From assembly GCF_036971445.1 (NCBI RefSeq), contig NC_091477.1:77252001-77316000 (forward strand): DNA of 64,000 nucleotides, written 5' to 3'. The number at the start of each line of letters is the position of its first letter. The stretch's first letter is position 1. A program made the translations under genes and the position numbers. The notes under the pieces were generated by a model that worked only from the letters and a program-made list of their open reading frames with translations, was not told where the DNA came from and did not search any database. Source of the DNA: Narcine bancroftii. Taxonomy: Eukaryota. Positions 11,001 through 23,759 of this stretch are shown here, piece after piece.

Positions 11001-13180
11001 CAAACCTCTGTAGGAGTTTTTTTTTGTACTGCTATGCTGGAGAGGAAATAGGACAGATGTACAACTAGGAACACATTTGCCATCTGTTTCCCTGTCCATA
11101 GGTTTGGATAAGGCATGCAAAGTTAATTTTATTTTTATTTAGGTTTGCTGCTAGTTAGCTTCACTCTTCATTTCATGTTCCAAACAGGTTTTACTTTATG
11201 CCCTGGCAATTACTTTAGCTTCTGCCTTTTTGAAATTTGTTCCTCCTCTTGATTTCACACAGGACACAGAACCCCATTGAAGATTCCTCAAGGATGAGTC
11301 AATGTGGTTTTCAGATCTGGTACAATATTATTTAGGCCCAGTCAGTGCGACTTCCTTGCTTTAGTAATCTACACCACTGTTCATAAAGGCATGGATCCTG
11401 AGGTTTTGCTCATGGTTTTACCATCATGTTGTATCACCTTCAAAGACTGAGATTTGAGAATCTTTTGGATCTCAGTTTCCAGATCCTCTTTAGCATTGAC
11501 CAAGAGTCCACATAAAATCTCTGACATGGAACATACACAAAGGTAAAACTGAATTAGAGGAAGAAGGTGATGAGAAACTGAAAGAAGCTATCAACATTAT
11601 GCAGGCACTCTACAGTGATTATTGCCAATCTGTTCATAGGTATCTGTTTAATTTTCATGAATAAATTCAGGACTCTTAGCTCTGTCTGAATTTGATATAT
11701 TAATGATAACCACTTTGCAGAAAACCTCAGAGAGAAAGAAAAAGATAAACTGTGTTTATCATTACACCGACAGGCCATTCAGCCTATTAAGCATCTGCCA
11801 TTTATCTATGCCCTTCATCCATCCCATTTCCCCACCTATTTTCAATAAACTATTCTCATCAACTTCTCTGATTCTCCTTCCACCACATGCACTTGGGGCT
11901 ATTCACAGCAGCAAGTTAATATACCATTCAGCACATTTTCATGATATGGGTAGAAACCAGAGAAGGCTATAGAAATCCACATAGTCACAGAGGGAATGTT
12001 AGGATTGAACTCTCTATGGCACCACTGTGCCATCCCAATTGCCTCATTCCCAAAAGACAAAAGAAATTGTTTCACAACTCTGAAATAAAAAGTATTGTGC
12101 TTTTGAAGATCAGTTTAACCAGGAATAGAATAATCCTAATTTCTGGGTGCCTTGGAGTCTGTCAGAATGTTTTGGCAGGATTTTCATGAACAGTGATATT
12201 CTCTTAGCTTACATAATTGTGCTTGTACCAGCCTTTTGTGAATCATGCTCCACAACAGATCTCTCAGTAAATGTGCTTTTTTTTTAATGCTAAAATTGAT
12301 CATTTGACATTTTTCCCCATTTGTCATTTATTCGATCTTTGCCCGTTGACTTGATCATCTATATCCTCAGCCACATGCAACGATCCTTGGGCTTCTGAGG
12401 AAGTAGAATCATGAGGGCGTTGTTTTGGTCATGGCATCGATGTTGTTGAACCAGGACAGGTTGTTGGTGATATTTACTCACAGGAACTTGAAGCTCTGCA
12501 CCATCTCCTTCTCAACACTTTTAATATACGATACAGTACTCTGTTTCCTGAAGTCCTTCATCTTCCTGACATTGAGGGAGAGGTTATTGTCCTGACACCA
12601 TATCACCTGACTTTATTTCCTTAAGGATGGTGAAGAGAACAGAGTGGGCCTTGTCTGCATGGATTTTGCATTAATTAATTTGATAAAATCCTGCACAAAA
12701 TTGGGATCATAGAATGACAGGAACCACGATAACATGGTTTAAAGGCAAAAAAAAGGATGAAACACTTTCTGGAGGGCGATGATCATCTTCATTTAGGGAT
12801 TATCATCTTTTTTACTATTATCTAATGGCTTTGATTTGGATGTGCATCTTTATAATGCAAAATTTGCAGATGAGACAAAACAGGAAAATGCAGTAAATTC
12901 TGAAGAGGGTTGGAAGAGAGCACAAGAGGCAGGAAGATGAAATATTGAATGTTGAAAAGTGAAGTGACTTGCCAGAAAGAATAAAGGACAAGATAGAGTA
13001 GGTGGTATAATTTAAGGGGTGTGCAAGAACCGACTGTATCTATTGATCAATCCACAAATCTGGCAAGGCAAGAGAGTGATAAAGTACATAGGATTCTGGA
13101 TTTTATTAAACTAGAGGACTGTGTCGAACCTACACAAAATACTGGTTAGGCTATAACTAGATTATTCAGGTGAGATAATA

Positions 13181-13573
13181 CAGGTATACAATCCTTTATC
13201 CGGACATCTAAAATCCAGAAAGCTCCAAAAACCAGCAAGTGAGGAGAGTTATTATTAGCGCGAGTCAGGCGGGCTAGAGGGAGTGACTGGTAGCGCGAGT
13301 TGGGCGGGTGAGAGACCGGCAGCGTGAGTCGGGCGAGCGAGGGGAGAGACCGGCAGCGTGAGTTGGGTGGGCGAGGCGGGGGGGGGGGTGAGACCGGCAG
13401 CGTGAGTCGGGCAGGCGAGGGGGGTGGGAGATGGCAGCACGACTGGAAGGGGGCAGAGGGGGAGATGGCAGCACAATTTGGGTGGGCTTAAATCTGGCTT
13501 TCCAAAATCCGGAAAAATCCAAAATTCGGAACACACTGTCCCTGAAGGGTTCCGGATAAAGGATTGTGACCCA
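13181..13573 (+). mobile_element. Tigger4/Zombi-like (pogo) MITE with internal GC-rich minisatellite
   Basis: TIR CAGGTATACAATCCTTTATCCGGA...TCCGGATAAAGGATTGTGACCCA; TA on both sides. Confidence 0.85.
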
Positions 13574-13641
13574 TATTAGGAAAGGCAGGAAACATGCACA
13601 GAAGTTGTTCTGAAACTAGAAAGTTGTGCCTTCTCCTTGAA

Positions 13642-15012
13642 ACGGTGTCCACCGCTTAATGTTAATTCAGGCAATGTCCGACCGCATATACATCTGTCAT
13701 CCATAGCCCCATAGGGTTATAATAAAGTTCAGAAATCATGATCAGGCAACGGGACACAATGGACATAACCGGATGTACGCAACAACTTCCCGCATGCAAC
13801 ACGTGTATATCATGTCTTTTATATACAAAGGCTTATGTATGTAAGTACTGTACTTTCTATCATGGCTCCCAAACACAGTAAAACCAGTGCTAGTGATAGC
13901 AGCAGCAAAAGGCAAAGAAGAATCGATTTGGAAGTGAAACAAAAGGTTATTAAACAACACCAAGGTGGACAAACAGTGAATGGTATTGCTCACGATTTAG
14001 GCAGGGCACATTCAACAATCGTGGCAATCCTCAAAAACAAAAAATTCTCCAAGCCCGTTAAATGATCGGCTCCAGTGAAAGCTACAAGGCTAACAACAAT
14101 GCGCGAGGGACCTATATCAGATATGGAGAATTGCTAATGTTGTGGATTGAGGACCAAACACAAAATCAAGTCCCTCTCAGCACGTTGACGATCACTGCTA
14201 AGGCACGAAGCTTGTTCCAGATGCTTAAAGAAAAAGCAGGACGTGTCTACGATATTGAGTTTAGTGCTAGATCTGGGTGGTTCAGGCGCTTCAAACGACG
14301 TTTTCCGCTCCATGATGAGGAAGTGAGTGGTGAGTCCGCGAGTGCTGATGCGAATGCAGCAGCAGGATTTGTTGAAACCTTAGATAAACTCATTGTAGAG
14401 GGAGGTTATTTGCCCCAGCAAATTTTTAATACGGGCAAAAAACCAATAGCTGAAGAAGAGGCAAAAGGAAAAGGAAACTGCAGAAGGAGAACAGGTGCAG
14501 AAGGGGTTCACTGTTAAGGGGTTTGCCAAATTCTTTGCAGACCTCAACAGCTTGCTGGAGAGATGGACCTAAACGCTGAACACCTTTCACTGATAGGGAG
14601 GAATGCTCAGGCAGTGTTCGCTGCATATAAAGAAGTTTTTGAAGAAAATGAAAAGCAAACTAGGCAAACAGAACTGGACATATTCCTGAAGAAGCCAACA
14701 CGGCCCCAGGAAGAGCCTCAGCCAGGTCCTTCAGGCTTTACAGGGTGACAGTTCATCAATGGAGGTTATTCCACCTGAAACACTTCTAGTGGAACTCTGT
14801 GAGGAAGTGGAGGATCCTGATCCTCTTTGTTAAACTGTGTGCGATAAAAGCTAAGAAAATGTTTACATCAAAGTGAAAATAATTAGTTTAATTTAGCCTA
14901 AGTTCAGTAGCCCACATAGTTTTGCTAAACTAATAGGGTGTTCACACAACGTCCACATGCATAACGCCCAGTTTCACAGAATGTATCGTGGACATTAAAC
15001 GATGCATACCTG
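13642..15012 (+). mobile_element. Tigger (pogo) DNA transposon, internally deleted and non-autonomous
   Basis: Degenerate TIRs (CGGTGTCCACCGCTTAATGT / ACATTAAACGATGCATACCTG-TA) resembling Tigger3/5 ends; transposase relic inside. Confidence 0.88.
13862..14748 (+). pseudogene. Frameshifted Tigger/CENP-B-like transposase: DNA-binding domains and C-terminus, DDE domain missing
   Basis: MAPKH...IDLEVKQKVIKQ...HSTIVAILKNK; LLMLWIEDQ...AKARSLF...FSARSGWFRRFKRR...VSGESASAD...YLPQQIFN, then a jump to the C-terminus QTELDIFLKK. Confidence 0.9.
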
Positions 15013-15919
15013 TACTTGAGAAAGCTGATAGAGGTGTATTATGTAAACACAAGAGACTACAGACACTGTAATCACTAGCAAAAGAAATATCTGTGGGAGG
15101 TACTCAAAGGATCAGGCAACATTTGTGGAGGCAAATGGATAGTCAATATTTTGGGTCGAAATCCTCCATTGGCTCAAGGAGATGTATATTGTAGCTGATT
15201 AAGACAGTGTAAATAGAGGAAAGTTGAATGGATGGTTCAAGGACTAGCAGGCTCAGATGAATTATATATTAGAATAAGGTAAAAGAAGAGACAGGATTTT
15301 TTTTAATGTGGATGGTGATCTGAATTTCAATTTCTGCAGAAATGGTGGAAACAAAATGAGTGTTCAGAAATAAATTGACCAGGCAATTCAGAGGGAATAA
15401 TATGCAGACCTGTTAGAGGGAAGAAACATGGATTGGGTGTCTTACAATTTCTATACTTGTGGGCAATATCTTCATTCCCCACCAACCAGCTGAACTCGTT
15501 GAAATGTTTGCATTGTCACCTTGACAAATCTCAGAAGTCGAAAGTCTGGAAACAAGCTGTGCCCTTTAAAACTTGTGTATTAACTGGATCCCAACCAATT
15601 TTGCCATCTTTTGTGCTAAAATCTTGCCTTGCATTTGCTTGAGACCAGATGCAATCCGAATGTTCCGATGTGATATATTTCTCTCATTGAAGTCATTAGG
15701 AAACATTTTTTTCTCTATACTGGCATGATATGTTAAGAAAACACAGGAGGCTGTTAATTTTCTTGAATGAGATGCAAATTTTAATTCATCCCCTTGAGCT
15801 GAGAGAAATTTGTGCATTTGGATTCAGGCAAATTATTCAAATGGCCCTTCATCATCCGCTTTGTTCAGATGGAAGTGCAGAGGGTTAGAATCTTCAAATT
15901 CCTGGCTGTGTGAATCTCA

Positions 15920-16872
15920 GCAGACCTATCCTGAAGCCAGCGTATTGAGACAATCATAAAGAAGTTTGTATGGCATGGACTCAAAAATCAGATCACGTTC
16001 TGGGCAAAGACGTGCGCGGACCGCTAATCTACAAAAGTGCAAAGGCACGTGAAGGCACCGCTTCAGCCTTTCCAGCCACCGCAGCGCAGATTTGACCACA
16101 TGGATGTCGACATTGTCGGCCCACTTCCGGTGACACGAGGGTCTAGGTACTTGTTAACGGTCATTGACAGATTCACTAGATGGCTGGAAACTGTTCCTAT
16201 GATGAACTCACTGACCGATTCATGCGCCAGATCTTTTATTTCTGCCTGGGTATCTTGGTTCGGCCAACCCACACCCGTCACCTCTGATAGAGGCCTACAG
16301 TGTACCTCCGCGCTCTGGGACATTTTGTTGCTACTGCTGAGAATGCAGCTCCACTGCACGACACGCAGTCCAATGGCCTGGTGGAGCAATTTTATAGGCA
16401 CATGAAGGCTGCACTGATGGCCTGCCTCCAGGGACCTGTCTGGGAATAAGAATGGCACCCAACGAGGATCTCAATTCGTCATCGGCTGATTTGTTTTATG
16501 GAGCCACGCTCGTACCTGGGGAATTCGTGCCCACAGCATATGGACAGGAGGTGCCACTTACTGAAGTCTTAGGCAGACTGCGGGAGCTGATTGGAAAATT
16601 GGTCCCAGTTCCCATGTCAAGGCATGGAACAATGACAACTTTCATCCCAAAGGAAATCTGGTTCTGGAGTTGGGGGGGGGGGGGGGGGGTTGGGGGTTGG
16701 TGGTGCCATGTAACGGCTCACCGGAGGTTTGATCGATGTTGTCATTTAGAACGTGTGGGGTTTTCAAAAGTTGAAGGTGACTGTTTGAATAAACGACTTT
16801 TACTGAACTTTGACTCGACTACGTCTGATCATTTTCTTGTTCTTCATTTTGCACTGTGCCACAGTTGCTACA
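15920..16872 (+). mobile_element. Ty3/Gypsy LTR retrotransposon 3' fragment: integrase relic, PPT and short 3' LTR (16709-16872)
   Basis: KFVWHGLK; RFDHMDVDIVGPLP...YLLTVIDRFTRW...TSDRGLQ...QSNGLVE; G-tract then TGTAAC...AATAAA...GCTACA. Confidence 0.9.
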
Positions 16873-17750
16873 AAGGCACACCAATGTCTTTCTAAGGATT
16901 CTAAGGAGATTTGACATGTCGTCTGATACTTGACATGTACACTGTGGGAAGTATATTGACTGGATGCATGACATCCTGGTTTGGGAATTCGACTGCCCAG
17001 AAATGCAGGAAGTGCCAAAAGGAAACAAACATAGCCAGATCCATCACAAGCTCCAACTTTCCATCCAGTGAAAAAAGGAAGCTAGCATCATAAAAGATCC
17101 TCATCATCTTGGTCACGGAAAGAAGGTGCAGAAGACTCAAGTTCAACAGCTCAAGCTACAAGAACAGTTTATTGCTTTGGTTCTCAACCTTTTTCTTTCC
17201 ATTCACATGCCACTTGAAGTAATTCCTGTGCCATCGGTGCTCTGTGATTAGTAAGGGATTGCTTAAGATGGTATGTGGGTGGAAAGAAAAAGGTTGAAAA
17301 CCACTGTTTTAATCGTACCTTATTGACCAGTTATGTGCACAGTTTCAGAACTCCAAAAGGAAATGGGCCAATGACAAAATATTTCAGTTACAATTGAGGG
17401 TCTAGAGCAGTGATTCTCAATCTTCCATTTCCACTTACTAATCACAGATGGCAAAGGGATTACTTAAGTTGGTATGTGAGTGGAAAGAAAAAGGTTGAGA
17501 ATGACAGGTTTATTTCCAACATCTATCAAGTGTGTGTACCTCCCCAAAAAGGGCTCTAACACCACAATATATTGTCTGCACTATTGATATCACTTTTTCA
17601 ATATATTGTATTATATTGCTTCTTTTTAACTAATTTCTGTACACCATTGCAATGTTTTAGTTGTTTTGTAGTTATATTTTTACAAGTTCAGCTGTAGCAA
17701 GAAAGAATTTTCATTCTCATTAGTACCATTACTGTAAAGATGTTTTCTTT
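16873..17750 (+). mobile_element. Rex1/Babar-type 3' fragment split by a hAT MITE
   Basis: TVGSILTGCMTSWFGNSTAQ motif; sequence resumes after the TSD at 17508. Confidence 0.7.
17175..17507. mobile_element. Composite hAT (Charlie-like) MITE, copy 1
   Basis: Same arm-centre-arm structure as the other copies; 8-bp TSD GTTTATTG / GTTTATTT. Confidence 0.88.
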
Positions 17751-19089
17751 AGAAAGGCTCAGTGCAGTGAGAAGAATCTTCACCCTGTTATTGATCTGAG
17801 ACGTGGGCTGCATACATTATTTTTTTTAAAAAACACATCAATCAAGGGTATGAGAATGCCGACACTGAGTTTTGCAACTGGTTAAGGGAATGTAGTCAGA
17901 GGAAACAGCCTTATACAATAAAGTGAGATATATGTCGTTGTTTAGTGGACTTTGGCCTCCAAAAGGCAGGAGGTCAACAGTAGAAAGGTCAAGTTTGGGA
18001 GGTGGTTGAGACTGATTCTGCCCCATCTATAACCAGTGATGTGAAACAGTTGCAATGATAATGACCTGATTGTCCTATGCATTGTGCTTCGTCAGCCACA
18101 ACAATGAGTTGGAATTACGCCCTGACTGTAAGGAGCTGGCACTATAAAGACGTTGCGCTAACCCCCTGCGCCAACCGTGCTGCCTCCCAAAGATGGTGTC
18201 CATGCAGAGAGAATATTTCAAATTTAACAATCTGCAGCAGAAAGGTCCAGCTCAGATTCAAAAAGAATAAAAGCAAATTATTTGAAACAGTTGAATTTGA
18301 TACAGCATCTTGAAGTTACCCACAGCGTTTATCTGCATCTTTATTACACAGACAGATAATTAAAATAACCGACAGCTGGAAGCTCAGGCCACCTGATGAT
18401 TAAGTGGAGGTATTCTGGAAAAACATGCTATTTTTACAGCCCTCTTTTTTTCATTTAATTTCTCTAACTTTTTTTGATTTTCAATGATAGTTCATTTATT
18501 ACTATTAATGTTGAGTAAAAGCAAGGCACATGATCAAGTTGCAGTCTAAGAGCGCTAAGTATGCTGACACCCCTGAAGGCTTAAAAAGAGCTATTTTTCG
18601 AGCATTATTGCTGCATAATTCGAACACACTCATACGCGAGTTGGAATTGAGAACCACTGTATGTCATACCCCATGAGCTCCTTGTCCCTGGGCAACTAGG
18701 CACCTGGGCAGCCATTCTCATTACTATTCACTGGCCAAAGAGGTAAATGTGTTGGCTCTGTTGAATTTCTTTGATAACTTAATTGAAAACAAATTGTTCG
18801 ATGTTGTGCCATTTTATTCCTTGGTTGAAATACTGAAGGAAAAGTTAACAACAGTCACTGACTGACAGAAGTCCTTCCTGTTTTCCTTGCAATGCATGGC
18901 AAAGCTTTGCAACATTCCACATTTAAGCAGGGCAGATGAATACATAACCACTGATTACTACAGGCTATTAAAGAATTGGCGAGTTAAGTTTTGTCGAGGT
19001 AATCAAATCTAGTTGCAAATATTGATCTGTTTATATTACTATTTTGCCCTTTAAATATTAATTAATAAATAAAAGTCCTTAAATGAGTT

Positions 19090-19545
19090 TTTCATAGTGT
19101 TTGTTGTTTAGGAGTCTGGTGGTGGAGGGTTAGGAACTGTTCCTGAACCTGATGATACAAGTCTTATGGCACTTACATCTCTTTGCTGATGGTAGCAGTG
19201 AGAACAGAACGTGTCGCGGATCCTTGATTATTGCTGCTGCTCTCTGACGGCTGGATTCCATCTAGATTTTTTTGACGGTGGGACTGGTTTGTCTGTGATA
19301 TACTGGGCTTTTTCAGGCTTTTTGCTCTACACCAGTCCATGATACAGCTGTAGAAAGTTGCCATGACTTTCAATGTCATACTCCTGAGGAAGTCGAGGCA
19401 CTGACATGCTTTCTTCACGATGACATGAATATGTTGGGTCCAGGAAAGATTCTCCAAGATAGTGACTCCCAGGAATTTAAATTTTAAATTTGCTCACCCT
19501 CTCAACCTTTGATCCCCCAATGAACACTGGATCGTACACCTTGTG
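19090..19545 (-). mobile_element. Rex1/Babar-type LINE fragment
   Basis: ENLSWTQHIHVIVKKACQCLDFLRS motif. Confidence 0.8.
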
Positions 19546-19821
19546 GGGGTATCTTGACAAAGTAAATAGCAGCTGTTCAACCACCTTCTTGAGGACAATG
19601 AGAGAGTGCAGAAAGCTGGACTTGCTATCAATGCCTTGTCACCCCAAATGAACCCATAACTGCACAATCTGAGCGAGAGAGCTATTTAGTGGTTGAAATG
19701 AAAGTGAGATGGTGCCAAGTTTGCAATTGTGCTTTCAAGGTCAATACTAATAGAAATTATCGTGACAAATTGAAATGACCCAAAATGCAAAATCTGCAGC
19801 ACAAGTAGTTAAAAATAGTAG

Positions 19822-22215
19822 TTCAAGATCGTTTACTACAGGTAAACAATCCTTTATCCGGAACCCTTGGGAGACAGTGTGTTTCGAATTTCGGATTTTT
19901 CCAGATTTCAGAAAGCCCAACTGAATTGTGCTGCCATATCCACCCCTTCCAGTCGCCCGGCTGTCTCCCCCAACTGCGGTCCCTTGGCCGCCCGGCCGCC
20001 TCCCCCGATCGCCAGTCCCTCAGCTGCCTCCCCGACCGCCGGTCCTTCGGCCGCCTCGCCCAACCGTCGGTCCCCATTTGCCGGATTTTGGAGCTTTCCG
20101 GATTTTAGACATCTGGATAAAGGATTGTGTACCTGTATCATCCAAGAGTACAACCTGATGAAACACCGATCTCCAGCTGTTAGTGCAAAAATAGGCAAAC
20201 ACATAACCAGACATCACACACGCACAAACAATATATATGCAGGACAAATATACATATATAAAAATAAAAACATAAATATTGTTTGTCAGTATTAGAGTCT
20301 TGGATGGTTAGTGTGAGATTTCCTTGGGTCATTCAGCATTCTCACTGCCGGCAGGAAGAAGCTGTTTCTCACTCTGGGGGTTCTGGCTCTGATACTCCTG
20401 TATCTGAAAGATGGTAGGGGTCCTCAATGATTTTGCGTGCTCTCTTCAGACAACGATGCTGGTAGATCACATTGATGGAAAGGAGGCCCCAGTGATCCAC
20501 TTTGTCTTATCCACATTGTTAATTTCGCACCATATCAGGAGATTTTCCACCTCTTCTCTGTGCATGACTCATTGTTGTGGCTGATGAGGTCAACACTGTT
20601 GTTCCATCTGAAAATTTGATGACACAGTTGGAGCTGGATATGGCGATGCAGCCGTGGGTCAGTAATGGAGCGGGGTGAGCGCACTGCCCTGAGGTGCGCA
20701 TTGCTCAGTGTGACAATGCTTAACATTCTGCTGCTGACCCGGACAGACAGTTGTCTTTCTGTTAGAAAGTCCAGAATCCAGTTACAGACAGGAGTGTTGA
20801 GTCCCATTGAGAACAGTTTCTTCATAAGCCTCTAGAGAATGATCATATTAAATGCCGAGCTGAAGTCGATGTACAACAGCTTGGCATTTGAGGTGTCGTT
20901 CTCCAGGTGGGTCAGGAGGGAGTGGAGGAACAATGCTATAGCATCATCAGTGGAACGCTTTCATCTATAGGCAAATTGAAATGGGTCCAATGTCTCTGGG
21001 AGTTGCACTTTTATGCTTTCCATCACCAGATGCTCGAAGCATTTCAGAATGAACAGTCAGTGCCATAGGGCGGTAGTCATTGAGGCCTATAACCATCGCT
21101 CCATTTGGTACCAGGATGATGGTGGCTATCCTCAGGGACAATGGACTGCTGCGGTGACGTGTTGCAATTGTTCATAAGAACCTCCATCAGCAAGTCTGCA
21201 CAGACCTTCAATACTCAACCAGGTGTGCTGAACCCACTGTCTTGCGTGGGTTCAGCTTAGATAGGGTTCTCCTCACCTTGGCCTTGGCTATTGCAGGGTG
21301 CCCATTCATTTGGAGAACACCGAGCTTTCTTCAACATCATCCTGTTCTTCTCATCAAACCGTGCATAGAAGATGTTCAGTCTGTCTGAAAGGGAGGATGT
21401 CTTTAACTCACAAGATTGTCTTGCGATCTATTATAGTCTTGATCCCTTGCCACATGTGGTTTGTTTTGCCACTGTTGCACAACAATCTGTGGATCTTCTG
21501 TAGACACCCAAGCTTTGCTTCTGATTAGAACGGGAGAGTTCAGCCCTAGCTGATGTTACTGCCATCTTGTCTCCTGTCCTGAAGGCAGCATCATGAGCTC
21601 TCAGAAGTGCCCAGACCTCTGCATCCAAACATGGTTTCTGGTTAGTCCTGGTTGTGAAGCATTTGATCTCGGTGACATCCTCAGTGTACTAGCTGATGTA
21701 GTCAGTCACTGACCTTGTGTACACCTCAATGTCTACATGACTGTTGTAGGTGGCTGCCTCTCGGAAACAGCTCCAGTCCTGTAGTGCTGCTGTGCCCCAC
21801 CCCAACCCCCCACGCTGGCCACATCCTGATGTCCCTGTGAACTGGCTTAGTTTGTTTTGCCAGCAGTTTGCATCCTGCAGAACTGATATGTGATCTGTAT
21901 CCAGGGTGGGGCCAAGGGGCAGCAGGGGCATTGGTGTACACCCGATACAGGGTGTTTGCTACTCTAGCAGCGAAGTTGATATGCTGCTGGAACTATGGTA
22001 AGACTGTTTTCAGTTTGGTGTGGTTGAAGTTGCTAGGTTCAATCATGGCACCATCAGGGTAGGACAGCTGGGTTTCACAGATGGCACCGCAAAGCTCGTT
22101 CATTGCTTCCCCATCATTAGCCGAAGACGGAACGTAAACTGGGACAATCAGCGTGGCTGAGGGTAGGTAGAAGCATTTGAATTTCACCACCAGAAAGTCT
22201 GAACAACAGAGAAAT
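19822..22215 (-). mobile_element. Rex1/Babar-type LINE, decayed EN-RT-3' end
   Basis: FLVVKFKCFYLP...VYVPSSAN (endonuclease), KLFSMGLNTPVCNWILDFLTER and IKFSDGTTV (RT); 3' tail split by the MITE at 19839. Confidence 0.88.
19839..20135 (-). mobile_element. Tigger4/Zombi-like MITE, copy 2
   Basis: TA|CAGGTAAACAATCCTTTATCCGGA...TCTGGATAAAGGATTGTGTACCTG|TA. Confidence 0.9.
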
Positions 22216-22534
22216 TTGTGCACAATTTTTTTTAAATGCATGTATTTAAATTTTTCATCAAATCAGGATTAAATAAGGAAGTATTTCAAATTATTTTAAA
22301 ACCCTGGCTCCAGAGCAACTTATACCTTGCTGAGGGTGACAGATTTTCTTTGCACTGTAAATATTGAGCTAACACTGGCTTTCATTCCTCAGAACAAATG
22401 ATCTCTCCCCAACTTCGCCACTCAATTAGTCAAATTTCATTGCAGTAGGATATGGGGAAAGAGAAGCTGCAGAAGGTGAATTAACCTTGTTGAATTAACC
22501 TTGTTGGCAAAGTTATGAAAAGCTGTGAATTTGA

Positions 22535-22985
22535 GATTTACAAGGATGTTGCCAGTTCTTGAGGAACTGAGTTACAGAGAAAGGTTAAATAGGTCAGGAC
22601 TTCATGCCCTGCAGTGTCGGAGAATGAGGAGAGATTTGGTAGAAGTATTTAAAATTATGAGGGGTACAGACAGAGTAAATTCGAGCAGGTTTTTCCACTG
22701 ATATTAAGTGAGAAGAACTAGAGAACATGATCATCAAGGGTGAAAGATGTTCAGGAGGAAGATTAGGCGGAACTTCTTCACACATAGAATGGTGAATGTG
22801 TGGGATGAGCTGCCAGCTGAAGTGGTGAATGAAAGCTCATTTTTGACTTTTAAGAAAAATTTGGATAGGCAAATTGATGGGTGGGGTATGGAGGGCTATA
22901 GTCCGGGTGTAAATTAATGGAATTAGGCAGAAAATAGTTCTGCATGGATTAGATGGGTGAATGGCACAGTGTTCTATGGTCTTAA
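22535..22985 (+). mobile_element. CR1 LINE 3' fragment
   Basis: AGATTTACAAGGATGTTGCC...TTCTTCACACATAGAATGGTGAATGTGTGG...GTTCTATG tail. Confidence 0.85.
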
Positions 22986-23291
22986 CATTTTCATTTTGAA
23001 TTAAGTTCCATTCGAAGGTTATCTTGAAATACAACTAAGCATGGAAAGGATAAAAAACTGAAGGAAAGATCACTGTCCACTTGCTGTAATGCAGCAGCAG
23101 ATCAATGGCAGTGGAGTGTTCAGTATATAAATATTCTTCTCCTACAGACGGCATGCAAACTGTGACAACTAATCAAGCTAATCATTGCTCTAGTGACCTA
23201 GGTTCAATCCCTACTTCCAGTGTTGTTTGCATGCAGTTTGCAGGTTCTCCTTGTGATTAAGTAGATTTCGCCGGGCTGCTTCGGTTTTGAC

Positions 23292-23661
23292 CAGTGGTTC
23301 TCCACCTTTTCCTTTCCACTCACAAACCACTTTAAGTAATCCCTATGCCATCAGTGCTCTGTGATTAGTCAGGGATGGCATAAGGTGGTGTGTGGGTGGG
23401 ATGGGAAGGTTGAGAACCACTGCGCTCGACCTAATAGTTACTGAAATGTTTGAGAAAAATTATCATTGCCCCATTTCCTTTGGAGTTCCGAAACCATGCA
23501 CATAATGAGTCAATCAGGGACAATTAAAACAGTGGTTTTCAAACTTTTTCTTTCCACCCACATACCACCTTAAGCCATCCCTTACTAACCACAGAGCACC
23601 AATGGCATTAGGAATACTTAAAGTGGTATGTGAGTGGAAAGAAAAAGGTTGAGTACCACTG
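23292..23661. mobile_element. Composite hAT MITE, copy 2 (inserted in a V-SINE)
   Basis: Arm 23292-23422 and inverted arm 23530-23661, each bounded by CAGTGG...CCACTG. Confidence 0.9.
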
Positions 23662-23759
23662 GGTCACAGGAAAATAAATGGGGGAATGGGATTGATAGGA
23701 ATATACTGAGAACAGGCACAGCCTCTCTGAAGTCAATGGCCTATTTCTATGAATTAGGA

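Larger units (their letters stand above)
12660..15430 (+). mobile_element. Old, highly decayed CR1 LINE split by three nested insertions (MITE, Tigger, Penelope-like terminal fragment)
   Basis: AAATTTGCAGATGAGACAAAA (KFADET); ACAAAATACTGGTTAGG; CR1-like 3' region resumes after 13575, 15014 and ~15180. Confidence 0.6.
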
